Shown: positions 1 through 13,000 of the stretch, in pieces
Position numbering within the stretch: position 1 is the first letter of the stretch
How the letters are laid out: each line of letters begins with the position of its first letter
DNA from: Ranitomeya imitator
Taxonomy: Eukaryota
DNA: 64,000 bases
Assembly: GCF_032444005.1 (NCBI RefSeq)
Contig: NC_091289.1
Coordinates: 57,722,001 to 57,786,000 of the forward strand
Reading direction: 5' to 3'
Notes under the pieces: generated by a model
What the model was told of the DNA's origin: nothing
Database searches by the model: none
What the model saw: only the letters and a program-made list of their open reading frames with translations
Position numbers and translations under genes: made by a program

Positions 1-943
1 AACCCTAGCCCTAACCCTAACCCAGCCCTAACCCTAACCCTAGCCCTAACCATAGCCCTAACCCTAATGGGAAAATGGAAATAAATACCTTTTTTTATTT
101 TTTTATTTTTCCCTAACTAAGGGGGTGATGAAGGGGGGTTTGATTTACTTTTATAGCGGGTTATTTAGCGGATTTTTATGATTGGCAGCCGTCACACACT
201 GAAAGACGCTTTTTATTGCAAAAAATATTTTTTGCGTTACCACATTTTGAGAGCTATAATTTTTCCACATTTGAATCCACAGAGTCATGTGAGGTCTTGT
301 TTTTTGCGGGACGAGTTGACGTTTTTATTGGTAACATTTTCGGGCACGTGACATTTTTTGATCGATTTTTATTCCGATTTTTGTGATGCAGAATGACCAA
401 AAACCAGCTATTCATGAATTTCTTTTACACACGGCTGATAACACGGGATCCATCAACAACACTATGAGATGTCACAGGGTTCCTGATCCCTCTCCCTTCA
501 CTATCACCTTTGCACACGCTCATTGGACTCTTCAATACAAAAGATTGGGTCTGGATTGTGGCTGATGTCCATGTGTTATTTCCTGAAACAAAAGGAAGTG
601 TCAGCCTCAATAAGTCCTAGTGGCCAATGTGAAAATTGCAAGATTTCTATTTTTATTACAGACTGCGCTATATAAAATAAAACATTAACAAATATTTTTT
701 AAAAATACATTTAAATTAAAGACCGGATTTAGTCAATAGGTCATTTCCTTTAAATAAATAATGTTTCATGAGGTTTTCAGCAAATCATATCCACTTAGCT
801 TAAACTGTTAAACGCGGTGGATTTAATGCAGACAAAAAAAATAATTTACACTCTGCGGGAACATGACGTAACATACCACAAGCGCCATACATTGGTTGGG
901 AATGGAGACATCCTAACTACAGTGTTGTTAAAATTGTTATTAA

Positions 944-1309
944 AGCACCACTCCAGCGTTGTTGTTATTTTATTGCACCGCTGGAGTGGTGCTTTAAATG
1001 TAAATCCCCTGCCCACCTGTCTCATACTCATCTTCCGGTGTTTGTCGGTCTTCGGTGACAAGTGACCTGCTCGCATCTCCAGGAGGGCACTTTACAATAC
1101 TAGTCTACGGGAGCCTCGTTTCTGGCCTTGTTCTGTCTCTCAAGAGCTTGTGACCAGTCAGAATCTGCACTCACAAGATGGGGTTGTGGGACCGGAACGG
1201 TGCCGAGAAACGGTGAAGACGCCGGATGGTGAATATATGACTGGGGGCAGGGAGCTTACATTTAAAATGCCACTCCAGTGCTGAAAAAAAACACAGCTGG
1301 AGTGGTGCT
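944..1309. mobile_element. T2/Kolobok-type MITE (duplicate at 4941-5306)
   Basis: TTAA at 940-943 and 1310-1313; perfect 14-bp TIR AGCACCACTCCAGC; extra internal TIR-like copies near 980 and 1265. Confidence 0.8.
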
Positions 1310-1989
1310 TTAAAACAACAAAAGACAGAATCACCAACATAAACATTCCCTCAAGACTAGACGTATGTAAAGAAGGGTTACCGTTTCACGACAGTGATTT
1401 ATCATAGATAGAATGCACATGATCTACATTAGAGCTCTCAAACACGTTGGCCCCATACGGCCACAGAGACTACATTGTGTGGCCCTTGGACCTCTGAGAC
1501 GATTATGTCCACAGAGTCAGGGGCCCACCGACACGAGCGCTTCTTTTCAACCGAATATACTCCCTCAGAAGCACATTCAATGCGTCAATGAAATGTATTG
1601 CGGGTCGGAAGCCAGTCCTCTGCATCGCATGACCAATACCAGCCACTAGCTAATCAGAGGCCAGCAGCTGATGTTGGCATCTCCTTGGCGGCTGCGCATG
1701 ACATAAGGATAACGACCAGGATGGGGAGCATTATTGCAAGATGAGGACCATTAATGCAGGACAGAGGACAATATTACAGAACAGGAGCAGGGTCTTCGTT
1801 AGGGGTAGGAAAAATAAGCATTTGCCTAGGTCTCCCACTACCCAGGGTCCCCCCAGCGTCTACAGCAAAAATTAGATTGATACTGTCAATCTAATTTTTG
1901 ATGTTGAGTGTCACAAGTGTGCCATGCCAACCTGGGAGACCAGGGGGTAGAAGATCACTGCGTATTGTGAATAGCAGATCTTCCATTTA

Positions 1990-2193
1990 GGCCAGGGTCA
2001 CCCTTGCGTGTGCAATGCGAGAAACTCGCCTCAATATCCAGCACTGCCGCCGGCACTCGGACTGGAGGGTGCTGCTGCATGTATTTCTATGCAGCTGAAC
2101 GCTCCGGTCCAAACCGCCAGCGGCTTTGCCGGGTATTGATGCGAGAGACTTGTGCGAGTTTCTCACATTGCAGTTGAAAGTGTGATCCCGGCC
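1990..2193. mobile_element. PIF/Harbinger-type MITE (duplicate at 5987-6190)
   Basis: TTA 3-bp TSD (1987-1989, 2194-2196); TIR GGCCAGGGTCAC / GTGATCCCGGCC. Confidence 0.75.
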
Positions 2194-2257
2194 TTAGCCT
2201 GTGTATTTGGATTCCTTATTACATTAATTTGATTTACTTTGGTGCTGAAGAGGTTAA

Positions 2258-4423
2258 CCCCTTTACCCCCAAGGGTAGTTTGCACCTTAATGACCGGGAC
2301 AATTTTTACAATTCTGACCACTGTCCCTTTATGAGGTTATAACTCTGGAACGCTTCACTGGATCCCGGTGATTCTGACTTGTTTTCTCGTGACATATTGT
2401 ACTTCATGATAGTGGTAAAATTTCTTTGATATTACCTGCGTTTATTTGTGAAAAAAACGGAAATTTGGCGAAAATTTTGAAAATTTTGCAAGTTTCCAAC
2501 TTTGAATTTTTATGCAATTAAATCACAGAGATATGTCACACAAAATACTTAATAAGTAACATTTCCCACATGTCTACTTTACATCAGCACAATTTTGGAA
2601 CCAAAATTTTTTTTTTGTTAGGGAGTTATAAGGGTTAAAAGTTGACCAGCAATTTCTCATTTTTACAACACCATTTTTTTTTTAGGGACCACATCTCATT
2701 TGAAGTCATTTTGAGGGGTCTATATGATAGAAAATACCCAAGTGTGTCACCATTCTAAAAACTGCACCCCTCAAGGTGCTCAAAACCATATTCAAGAAGT
2801 TTATTAACCCTTCAGGTGTTTCATAGGAATTTTTTGAATGTTTAAATAAAAATGAACATTTAAATTTTTTTCACAAAAAATTTACTTCAGCTCCAATTTG
2901 TTTTATTTTACCAAGGGTAACAGGAGAAAATGGACCCCAAAAGTTGTTGTACAATTTGTCCTGAGTACGCCGATACCCCATATGTGGGGGTAAACCACTG
3001 TTTAGGCGCATGACAGAGCTCGGAAGCGAAGGAGGGCAATTTGACTTTTCAATGCAAAATTGACAGGAATTGAGATGGGATGCCATGTTGCGTTTGGAGA
3101 GCCACTGATGTGCCTAAACATTGAAACCCCCCACAAGTGACACCATTTTGGAAAGTAGACCCCCTAAGGAACTTATCTGGGTGTGTGGTGAGCACTTTGA
3201 CCCACCAAGGGCTTCACAGAAGTTTATAATGCAGAGCTGTAAAAATAAAACAAAAACCGTTTGGGCGCATGGGAGAGCTCGGAAGGGAAGGAGTGCCATT
3301 TGGAATGCAGACTTAGATGGAATGGTCTGCAGGCGTCACATTGCGTTTGCAGAGCCCCTAATGTACCTAAACAGTAGAAACCCCCCACAAGTGACCCCAT
3401 ATTGGAAACTAGGCCCCCCAAGGAACTTATCTAGATGTGTTGTGAGAACTTTGAACCCCCAAGTGTTTCACTACAGTTTATAACGCAGAGCCGTGAAAAT
3501 AAAAAATCTTTTTTTTCCCACAAAAATTATTTTTTAGCCCCCAGTTTTGTATTTTCCCAATGGTAACAGGAGAAATTGGACCCCAAAAGTTGTTGTCCAA
3601 TTTGTCCTGAGTACGCTGATACCCCATATGTTGGGGTAAAACCCTGTTTAGGCACACGGGAGAGCTCGGAAGGGAAGGAGCACTGTTTTACTTTTTCAAC
3701 GCAGAATTGGCTGGAATTGAGATCGGACACCATGTCGCGTTTGGAGAGCCCTGATGTGCCTAAACAGTGGAAACCCCCAATTATAACTGAAACCCTAATC
3801 CAAACATATCCCTAACCCTAATCCCAACGGTAACCCTAACCACACCTCTAACCCAGACACACCCCTAACCCTAATCCCAACCCTATTCCCAACCGTAAAT
3901 GTAATCCAAACCCTAACCCTAACTTTAGCCCCAACCCTAACTGTAGCCTTAACCCTAGCCCCAACCCTAACCCAGCCCTAACCCTAACCCTAGCCCTAAC
4001 CCTAGCCCTAACCCTAACCCAGCCCTAACCCTAACCCTAGCCCTAACCATAGCCCTAACCCTAATGGGAAAATGGAAATAAATACCTTTTTTTATTTTTT
4101 TATTTTTCCCTAACTAAGGGGGTGATGAAGGGGGGTTTGATTTACTTTTATAGCGGGTTATTTAGCGGATTTTTATGATTGGCAGCCGTCACACACTGAA
4201 AGACGCTTTTTATTGCAAAAAATATTTTTTGCGTTACCACATTTTGAGAGCTATAATTTTTCCACATTTGAATCCACAGAGTCATGTGAGGTCTTGTTTT
4301 TTGCGGGACGAGTTGACGTTTTTATTGGTAACATTTTCGGGCACGTGACATTTTTTGATCGATTTTTATTCCGATTTTTGTGATGCAGAATGACCAAAAA
4401 CCAGCTATTCATGAATTTCTTTT
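2258..4423. mobile_element. Left 2.2 kb of a piggyBac-type non-autonomous element, truncated at the tandem-array junction
   Basis: TTAA|CCCCTTT left end at 2254-2264; near-identical to 6255-8358; stops abruptly at the junction. Confidence 0.8.
3790..4063 (+). repeat. Degenerate telomere-like array (AACCCT/AGCCCT)n inside the TTAA element; copies at 1-66, about 7790-7998 and about 25533-25660
   Basis: Directly visible hexamer repeats; same position within each element copy; length differs between copies. Confidence 0.9.
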
Positions 4424-7400
4424 ACACACGGCTGATAACACGGGATCCATCAACAACACTATGAGATGTCACAGGGTTCCTGATCCCTCTCCCTTCACTA
4501 TCACCTTTGCACACGCTCATTGGACTCTTCAATACAAAAGATTGGGTCTGGATTGTGGCTGATGTCCATGTGTTATTTCCTGAAACAAAAGGAAGTGTCA
4601 GCCTCAATAAGTCCTAGTGGCCAATGTGAAAATTGCAAGATTTCTATTTTTATTACAGACTGCGCTATATAAAATAAAACATTAACAAATATTTTTTAAA
4701 AATACATTTAAATTAAAGACCGGATTTAGTCAATAGGTCATTTCCTTTAAATAAATAATGTTTCATGAGGTTTTCAGCAAATCATATCCACTTAGCTTAA
4801 ACTGTTAAACGCGGTGGATTTAATGCAGACAAAAAAAATAATTTACACTCTGCGGGAACATGACGTAACATACCACAAGCGCCATACATTGGTTGGGAAT
4901 GGAGACATCCTAACTACAGTGTTGTTAAAATTGTTATTAAAGCACCACTCCAGCGTTGTTGTTATTTTATTGCACCGCTGGAGTGGTGCTTTAAATGTAA
5001 ATCCCCTGCCCACCTGTCTCATACTCATCTTCCGGTGTTTGTCGGTCTTCGGTGACAAGTGACCTGCTCGCATCTCCAGGAGGGCACTTTACAATACTAG
5101 TCTACGGGAGCCTCGTTTCTGGCCTTGTTCTGTCTCTCAAGAGCTTGTGACCAGTCAGAATCTGCACTCACAAGATGGGGTTGTGGGACCGGAACGGTGC
5201 CGAGAAACGGTGAAGACGCCGGATGGTGAATATATGACTGGGGGCAGGGAGCTTACATTTAAAATGCCACTCCAGTGCTGAAAAAAAACACAGCTGGAGT
5301 GGTGCTTTAAAACAACAAAAGACAGAATCACCAACATAAACATTCCCTCAAGACTAGACGTATGTAAAGAAGGGTTACCGTTTCACGACAGTGATTTATC
5401 ATAGATAGAATGCACATGATCTACATTAGAGCTCTCAAACACGTTGGCCCCATACGGCCACAGAGACTACATTGTGTGGCCCTTGGACCTCTGAGACGAT
5501 TATGTCCACAGAGTCAGGGGCCCACCGACACGAGCGCTTCTTTTCAACCGAATATACTCCCTCAGAAGCACATTCAATGCGTCAATGAAATGTATTGCGG
5601 GTCGGAAGCCAGTCCTCTGCATCGCATGACCAATACCAGCCACTAGCTAATCAGAGGCCAGCAGCTGATGTTGGCATCTCCTTGGCGGCTGCGCATGACA
5701 TAAGGATAACGACCAGGATGGGGAGCATTATTGCAAGATGAGGACCATTAATGCAGGACAGAGGACAATATTACAGAACAGGAGCAGGGTCTTCGTTAGG
5801 GGTAGGAAAAATAAGCATTTGCCTAGGTCTCCCACTACCCAGGGTCCCCCCAGCGTCTACAGCAAAAATTAGATTGATACTGTCAATCTAATTTTTGATG
5901 TTGAGTGTCACAAGTGTGCCATGCCAACCTGGGAGACCAGGGGGTAGAAGATCACTGCGTATTGTGAATAGCAGATCTTCCATTTAGGCCAGGGTCACCC
6001 TTGCGTGTGCAATGCGAGAAACTCGCCTCAATATCCAGCACTGCCGCCGGCACTCGGACTGGAGGGTGCTGCTGCATGTATTTCTATGCAGCTGAACGCT
6101 CCGGTCCAAACCGCCAGCGGCTTTGCCGGGTATTGATGCGAGAGACTTGTGCGAGTTTCTCACATTGCAGTTGAAAGTGTGATCCCGGCCTTAGCCTGTG
6201 TATTTGGATTCCTTATTACATTAATTTGATTTACTTTGGTGCTGAAGAGGTTAACCCCTTTACCCCCAAGGGTAGTTTGCACCTTAATGACCGGGACAAT
6301 TTTTACAATTCTGACCACTGTCCCTTTATGAGGTTATAACTCTGGAACGCTTCACTGGATCCCGGTGATTCTGACTTGTTTTCTCGTGACATATTGTACT
6401 TCATGATAGTGGTAAAATTTCTTTGATATTACCTGCGTTTATTTGTGAAAAAAACGGAAATTTGGCGAAAATTTTGAAAATTTTGCAAGTTTCCAACTTT
6501 GAATTTTTATGCAATTAAATCACAGAGATATGTCACACAAAATACTTAATAAGTAACATTTCCCACATGTCTACTTTACATCAGCACAATTTTGGAACCA
6601 AAATTTTTTTTTTGTTAGGGAGTTATAAGGGTTAAAAATTGACCAGCAATTTCTCATTTTTACAACACCATTTTTTTTTTAGGGACCACATCTCATTTGA
6701 AGTCATTTTGAGGGGTCTATATGATAGAAAATACCCAATTGTGTCACCATTCTAAAAACTGCACCCCTCAAGGTGCTCAAAACCATATTCAAGAAGTTTA
6801 TTAACCCTTCAGGTGTTTCATAGGAATTTTTTGAATGTTTAAATAAAAATGAACATTTAAATTTTTTTCACAAAAAATTTACTTCAGCTCCAATTTGTTT
6901 TATTTTACCAAGGGTAACAGGAGAAAATGGACCCCAAAAGTTGTTGTACAATTTGTCCTGAGTACGCCGATACCCCATATGTGGGGGTAAACCACTGTTT
7001 AGGCGCATGACAGAGCTCGGAAGCGAAGGAGGGCAATTTGACTTTTCAATGCAAAATTGACAGGAATTGAGATGGGATGCCATGTTGCGTTTGGAGAGCC
7101 ACTGATGTGCCTAAACATTGAAACCCCCCACAAGTGACACCATTTTGGAAAGTAGACCCCCTAAGGAACTTATCTGGATGTGTGGTGAGCACTTTGACCC
7201 ACCAAGGGCTTCACAGAAGTTTATAATGCAGAGCTGTAAAAATAAAACAAAAACCGTTTGGGCGCATGGGAGAGCTCGGAAGGGAAGGAGTGCCATTTGG
7301 AATGCAGACTTAGATGGAATGGTCTGCAGGCGTCACATTGCGTTTGCAGAGCCCCTAATGTACCTAAACAGTAGAAACCCCCCACAAGTGACCCCATATT

Positions 7401-8499
7401 GGAAACTAGGCCCCCCAAGGAACTTATCTAGATGTGTTGTGAGAACTTTGAACCCCCAAGTGTTTCACTACAGTTTATAACGCAGAGCCGTGAAAATAAA
7501 AAATCTTTTTTTTCCCACAAAAATTATTTTTTAGCCCCCAGTTTTGTATTTTCCCAATGGTAACAGGAGAAATTGGACCCCAAAAGTTGTTGTCCAATTT
7601 GTCCTGAGTACGCTGATACCCCATATGTTGGGGTAAAACCCTGTTTAGGCACATGGGAGAGCTCGGAAGGGAAGGAGCACTGTTTTACTTTTTCAACGCA
7701 GAATTGGCTGGAATTGAGATCGGACACCATGTCGCGTTTGGAGAGCCCCTGATGTGCCTAAACAGTGGAAACCCCCCAATTATAACTGAAACCCTAATCC
7801 AAACACTCCCCTAACCCTAATCCCAACGGTAACCCTAACCACACCTCTAACCCAGACACACCCCTAACCCTAATCCCAACCCTATTCCCAACCGTAAATG
7901 TAATCCAAACCCTAACCCTAACTTTAGCCCCAACCCTAACTGTAGCCTTAACCCTAGCCCCAACCCTAACCCTAGCCCTAACCATAGCCCTAACCCTAAT
8001 GGGAAAATGGAAATAAATACCTTTTTTTATTTTTTTATTTTTCCCTAACTAAGGGGGTGATGAAGGGGGGTTTGATTTACTTTTATAGCGGGTTATTTAG
8101 CGGATTTTTATGATTGGCAGCCGTCACACACTGAAAGACGCTTTTTATTGCAAAAAATATTTTTTGCGTTACCACATTTTGAGAGCTATAATTTTTCCAC
8201 ATTTGAGTCCACAGAGTCATGTGAGGTCTTGTTTTTTGCGGGACGAGTTGACGTTTTTATTGGTAACATTTTCGGGCACGTGACATTTTTTGATCGATTT
8301 TTATTCCGATTTTTGTGATGCAGAATGACCAAAAACCAGCTATTCATTAACTTCTTTTGGGGGAGGCGTTTATACCGTTCCGCGTTTGGTAAAATTGATA
8401 AAGCAGTTTTATTCTTCGGGTCAGTACGATTACAGCGACACCTCATTTATATCATTTTTTTATGTTTTGGCGCTTTTATACGATAAAAACTATTTTATA

Positions 8500-9573
8500 A
8501 AGCAATCGATCTATTGGATCTTAACTTTTCGGTATTAACCTTTGAGGCGGCATCGCAACGTTTCCCACTATTTAATAACAATCCTTTCCATTTTCTTCAG
8601 GCGCGTAGCTTAGCACAGAAGTGTCAGCCGAGTGGAGGGGTGGGGGAGGGGAGGACAAACCTGGATGGATTTATTAGAAATGCAAGAACACAACCAGCAT
8701 CCATAAGCAACATCTACTCGGTAATACGCAAAAAATGGACGTGGGAAAGGAAAACAACGGGAGTGGCCAGATGGTTAAGGGACTTCCCAGGTCTCAAGAT
8801 GGAGGATCTTCTTGACGCTACATTAGCGCAAAGAAAAGTACTATCATATAGTAGCTACACTGACATGGCTCTACTAATATTACATAGAGCCTACATCACG
8901 CCATATCTGCAGTCTAGGATGTCTCCGGTCTCAGTATACTTGTGTTCTAAATGTAAATCCCGCAACACGGATATCTATCACCATCTGTGGAGCTGCCCGA
9001 AAATTCAGGAGTTGTGGGGTAGTGTCCATGATGAGCTACAAAAGTTATGTGGAGTCAGTTTTGCGCTTACCCCTCAATGGGCTATTTTTAACATTCTTGA
9101 TGAGGCACAAAACAAATTATCTAAATATATCAAAGCTACACTCGTGAGATGGGCCTCGGCGACCAGGAAGAGCATACTTCATCAATGGTTAAATCCGGCG
9201 GCTCCATCGCTTTCTCTTGTTCGTACAAAAATCCAATTCATATTTAAAATGGAATGGATGGATGCTTTGTCTAACAAAGAGAAAATGGCTGGTAGATTTT
9301 TGTCCACATGGTCTACTCTCATCCCGTCTCTACCTTTGGAGACTAGGGAAAAGCTGAAAGCGCAGTTTGAAAACACACAATGGTACTTGTTACAGAGGAT
9401 AGGCGGCAACTCACCAGTTCCGTGACTTGCCTTGACGGTTATGCGCATGCAGAGATTGGGGTTTTTGGGAGGGGGAGGGTTTGGGTTGAGTTTATGTCTG
9501 CTAAATCATTTTGTCATTACCAATTGTATGATGGTTATATTGGAAAATTTAATAAACAGTTTAAAAAAAACCA
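8500..9573 (+). mobile_element. 5'-truncated L1-clade LINE (about 1.07 kb)
   Basis: 15-bp TSD AAAAACTATTTTATA at 8485-8499 and 9574-9588; AATAAA at 9551-9556 followed by an A-run; carries the ORF2 C-terminus. Confidence 0.9.
8514..9425 (+). pseudogene. C-terminal fragment of L1 ORF2p (cysteine-rich zf-RVT region)
   Basis: Motif CSKCKSRNTDIYHHLWSCPKIQELW matches the CxxC...HxxWxC knuckle of L1 ORF2; no EN or RT domain because of 5' truncation. Confidence 0.85.
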
Positions 9574-10091
9574 AAAAACTATTTTATAGAAAAAAATATT
9601 TTTGCATCGCTTTATTCTGAGGACTATAACTTTTTTATTTTTTTGTATAAATCATTTTTATTGGTCATTGCAATAAAGAGTAAAGGTAAACAATACAAAC
9701 TAGTAAATCAGTGCAATGATAAACAATGGTTACAAGTAAGTCAAGTAAGGCATTGTGACAACGTTTAGGTCTTGTAATTCAACTTTCTGGTAAATAATGT
9801 TGTTGGTTATCCCAAAATTATGAGGAGTTAATAATAAAAAACAGCTGGGATAGTAGATAGCCATTATTACATTTCTTTGTAATCATTTGACAGTATAATA
9901 TATGTTCAAACTGGGTAAGAGGAAGACACACAAAGTAAGATAAGGGAAAGAAAGAGGGGTAGAAAGAAGGAGAGGAGTGGATGGGGGAGTAGGGAATGTG
10001 GGAAAAAAGTGTGGCTGCCAACCCGCTCCAGCGGCCAGAGCGCAGGTCGAGAAACGGCTCGAGAGTGCACGCGAATGTGTTACATAATGCG

Positions 10092-13000
10092 TCAAGTTCT
10101 GGAAATCCAGCGATCTAATTCAGAGGTTTCCCTAAAAGCAATCCAGGGAGCCCATGTGTTGTAGGTTTTTTCCGCATTACCTGTACACTGATTTATCAGC
10201 TGCTCCATTCTATAAATGTCATTAAGTTCTGCCACAAATTCCGCACTGGAAGGGAATTTTTCTTGTTTCCAAAAACGTGGGATTAGATTCCTGACTGCAG
10301 TAAGAAAGTGTCTGAGGATGCCCCTCTTGAACCTAGATATCGACAGGTTACACAAAGACAACAATGCTAGACTTGCTGAGGGTTGGATCTGTGTGATAGA
10401 GATCCTATTATGAAGTTCAAAGACGGCCAACCACGAATCCTTTATGGGGGGGCAGTCCCACCAAATATGCATGTAAGAGCCTATTTCCCTTAGGCATCTC
10501 CAACAGGTGTCAGGAGTCGTGGGGAACACCGCATGCACCATGGAAGGGCATCTATACCATCTTGCTAGAATCTTATAGCTCCTGTGATACCGCGCATAAT
10601 GACGATCTGAACGAGAAGAGAAGAATTTTTCCCCTATCTTCAGATGACAAGGGTCTTCCCAGATCACCCTCCCATTTCGAGAAAAACATTGGTCAACCCT
10701 GCAGCGGAGCCCTCCCCTCTTGGAAGATTTTATATAGCAGCGAGACAGTATGGTCCGGGGGGCTTGCTGATATGCAAAGCATCTCAAAGGGAGTTAGCGG
10801 CCTGCTGATATTGGTTTGTTTAGAGATTGAGTGGATATAACTTCTTAGTTGTTCATAGAAGAACCAATCAACAGAGTGTGATTCCTCCTCTGGGAATAGT
10901 TCCCGAAGGGATTTCATCCCAGTTTCTTTTAAGTAGTCGTGGATGATGGGTTTGGAATCTTTTCTCTTATTTAGATATGTCCAGCCCCGCCGGAAAAGCA
11001 GAATTGTCATAGATTGGAATTAAGGGGCCTGGGAGAGTTGTGATCTGAAGGTCTTTGTTCCTGTTTTTAATAAGAAGCAATATGTTTTGTGTGAGGAAGG
11101 GTATTTAGATGCCTGGCCCTACCCCCTTGCTTCCTGTCCAAAGAACAACTTGGGAGTAGCATCCGTTAAGATCGTTTTCTAGGTTTACCCACTTTTTGCT
11201 ATTTTTACTGTGATAAAGGTCTAGGATACAAGTTCCCATTGATGCATAACTATAAATCGCGAGATCCGGGAGACCCAATCCACCTGTCAGTTTAGATCTA
11301 CTTAATGTTGTATATGAAATACGTGCCCGGTTATGAGACCAAATAAAACGAGTAATTATTTGTTTGAGGCGGGAAAAGAAGGAAGCTGGTAGGTATAGGG
11401 GAATTGTTTGAAAAAAATATAAGAGACGAGGTAGGAGGTCCATCTTAACTGCATTGATCCTACACAGCCAGGACAATTGGAGCCTGTGCCACCTCTCCAA
11501 GTCCGAGTTTGTTTTCTGTAGAATTGGCGCAAAGTTGGTTTCAAACAGTTTAGACGTTTTGCTTGTAATTTTGATACCTAAGTATGTAAAGGAATCAAAG
11601 CGCCATTTAAATGGGAAAGTCTTCCTTAATTGATCCGCCAAGGGGAGTTGGAGTGAAATGTTTAGGATTTCGGATTTATGGGAATTCATTTTGAAGTTAC
11701 TTAGGAGGCCAAATTTATGTAGTTCCGAAATAATGTTTGGTAGGCTCGTAGAGGGGGATGTAATATATAGGAGAATGTCATCTCATCTGCAAAAAGTGCT
11801 AGCTTATGTTCTTCAGAACGTAGTTTTATACCCTTAATTGATGATTTGTTTCTCAAGGCCACAGCTAAATGCTCCATTGTTAGGATATATAAGAGGGGAG
11901 AGAGTGGGCACCCCTGCCTTGTACCATTTCTGACCGGGAACATATCTGATAGTGTGCCGTTTACCTTGACCTGAGCACTAGGAGAAGAATACAAGGCGGA
12001 GATCCTACGCAGCATATTTTCTTTTAGGCCAATTTCCTCTAGGGTCTGAGAAATAAATTCCCAATGGACCCGGTCAAAGGCCTTTTCAGCATCAATTGAC
12101 ATGATACACAGGGGGTCCCCCTCTCTGCCCGCTCTGTCAATTAGAGAGATAGTTCGGATTGTGTTGTCTCTCGCCTCTCGCCCTGGAACGAAGCCCACCT
12201 GGTCCTGGTTTATTAGTTTTGGTAAAAGGGGGCATAGTCTATTGGCTAACATTTTTGCATATATTTTAATATCCAGATTTATTAAAGAGATCGGGCGGTA
12301 ATTATCGCACGTAGAAGGGTCCTTGCCAGGCTTAGGGAGAACTGTTATGTGAGCGATGAGTGCCTGTGTAGGGAAAGAGCCCCCAAGAGAGACAAAATTA
12401 CAAGCCTTCAGAAATATTGGACTAAGCAGAGTGTTGAACGACTTGTAGAAGCCTGCTGAGTACCCATCAGGGCCCGGGCTCTTGCCTTGTTTCAAGGCGC
12501 TAATGGTTTCCGATACCTCCTCCACTGAGAATTCCTTTTCAAGATCAAGTAGATCACCTTCAGGCAGAGTGGGTAGTTTATGTTCCTGTAAATATGATTT
12601 GATTTTATTACGGAGAGAATGTAGTGGAGCCTCTTTATAGTGTCCCGCTATGTTATATAGAGATTTGTAGTATTCGCTGAAGTTGGAAAGAATATCTCTG
12701 GTATTAAACACTTTCTTCCCCTCTTTGTTTTTAATAAAAGGAATGTAGGTATTGGGATTACGTTGATTAAGGGCTCTGGCCAAGAGTCTACCACTTTTAT
12801 TGCCGAGCTGATAGAAGCGGCTCTTGAGTCTTTCTCTGAGGCATTTGGATTTTTGGTCTATTATAGATAACAATTTTTGACTGGCCGAGGAGAGCCTAGC
12901 AAATGTGCTGGCTTCAAGGTCACGTTTATGTTTGTTTTCTAATTGGTGGATTTGTTCTGTTAAGCTAAGTATTTCCGCCGCTCTTTCTTTTTTCATCCTA

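Larger units (their letters stand above)
1..8358. repeat. Tandem segmental array with a 3997-bp period (at least 3 copies; identical junctions at 426/427 and 4423/4424; extends upstream of the window)
   Basis: ORF track repeats with an exact 3997 offset (383/4380, 817/4814, 1413/5410, 2871/6868). The junction TTCATGAATTTCTTTT|ACACACGGCTG occurs twice. Only a handful of substitutions were seen between copies. The last copy runs on into the unbroken TTAA element at 8359. Confidence 0.95.

Noticed and set aside
1-66. True telomere or chromosome end
   Set aside because: Degenerate, short, and at a fixed internal position of a transposon that recurs in the window.
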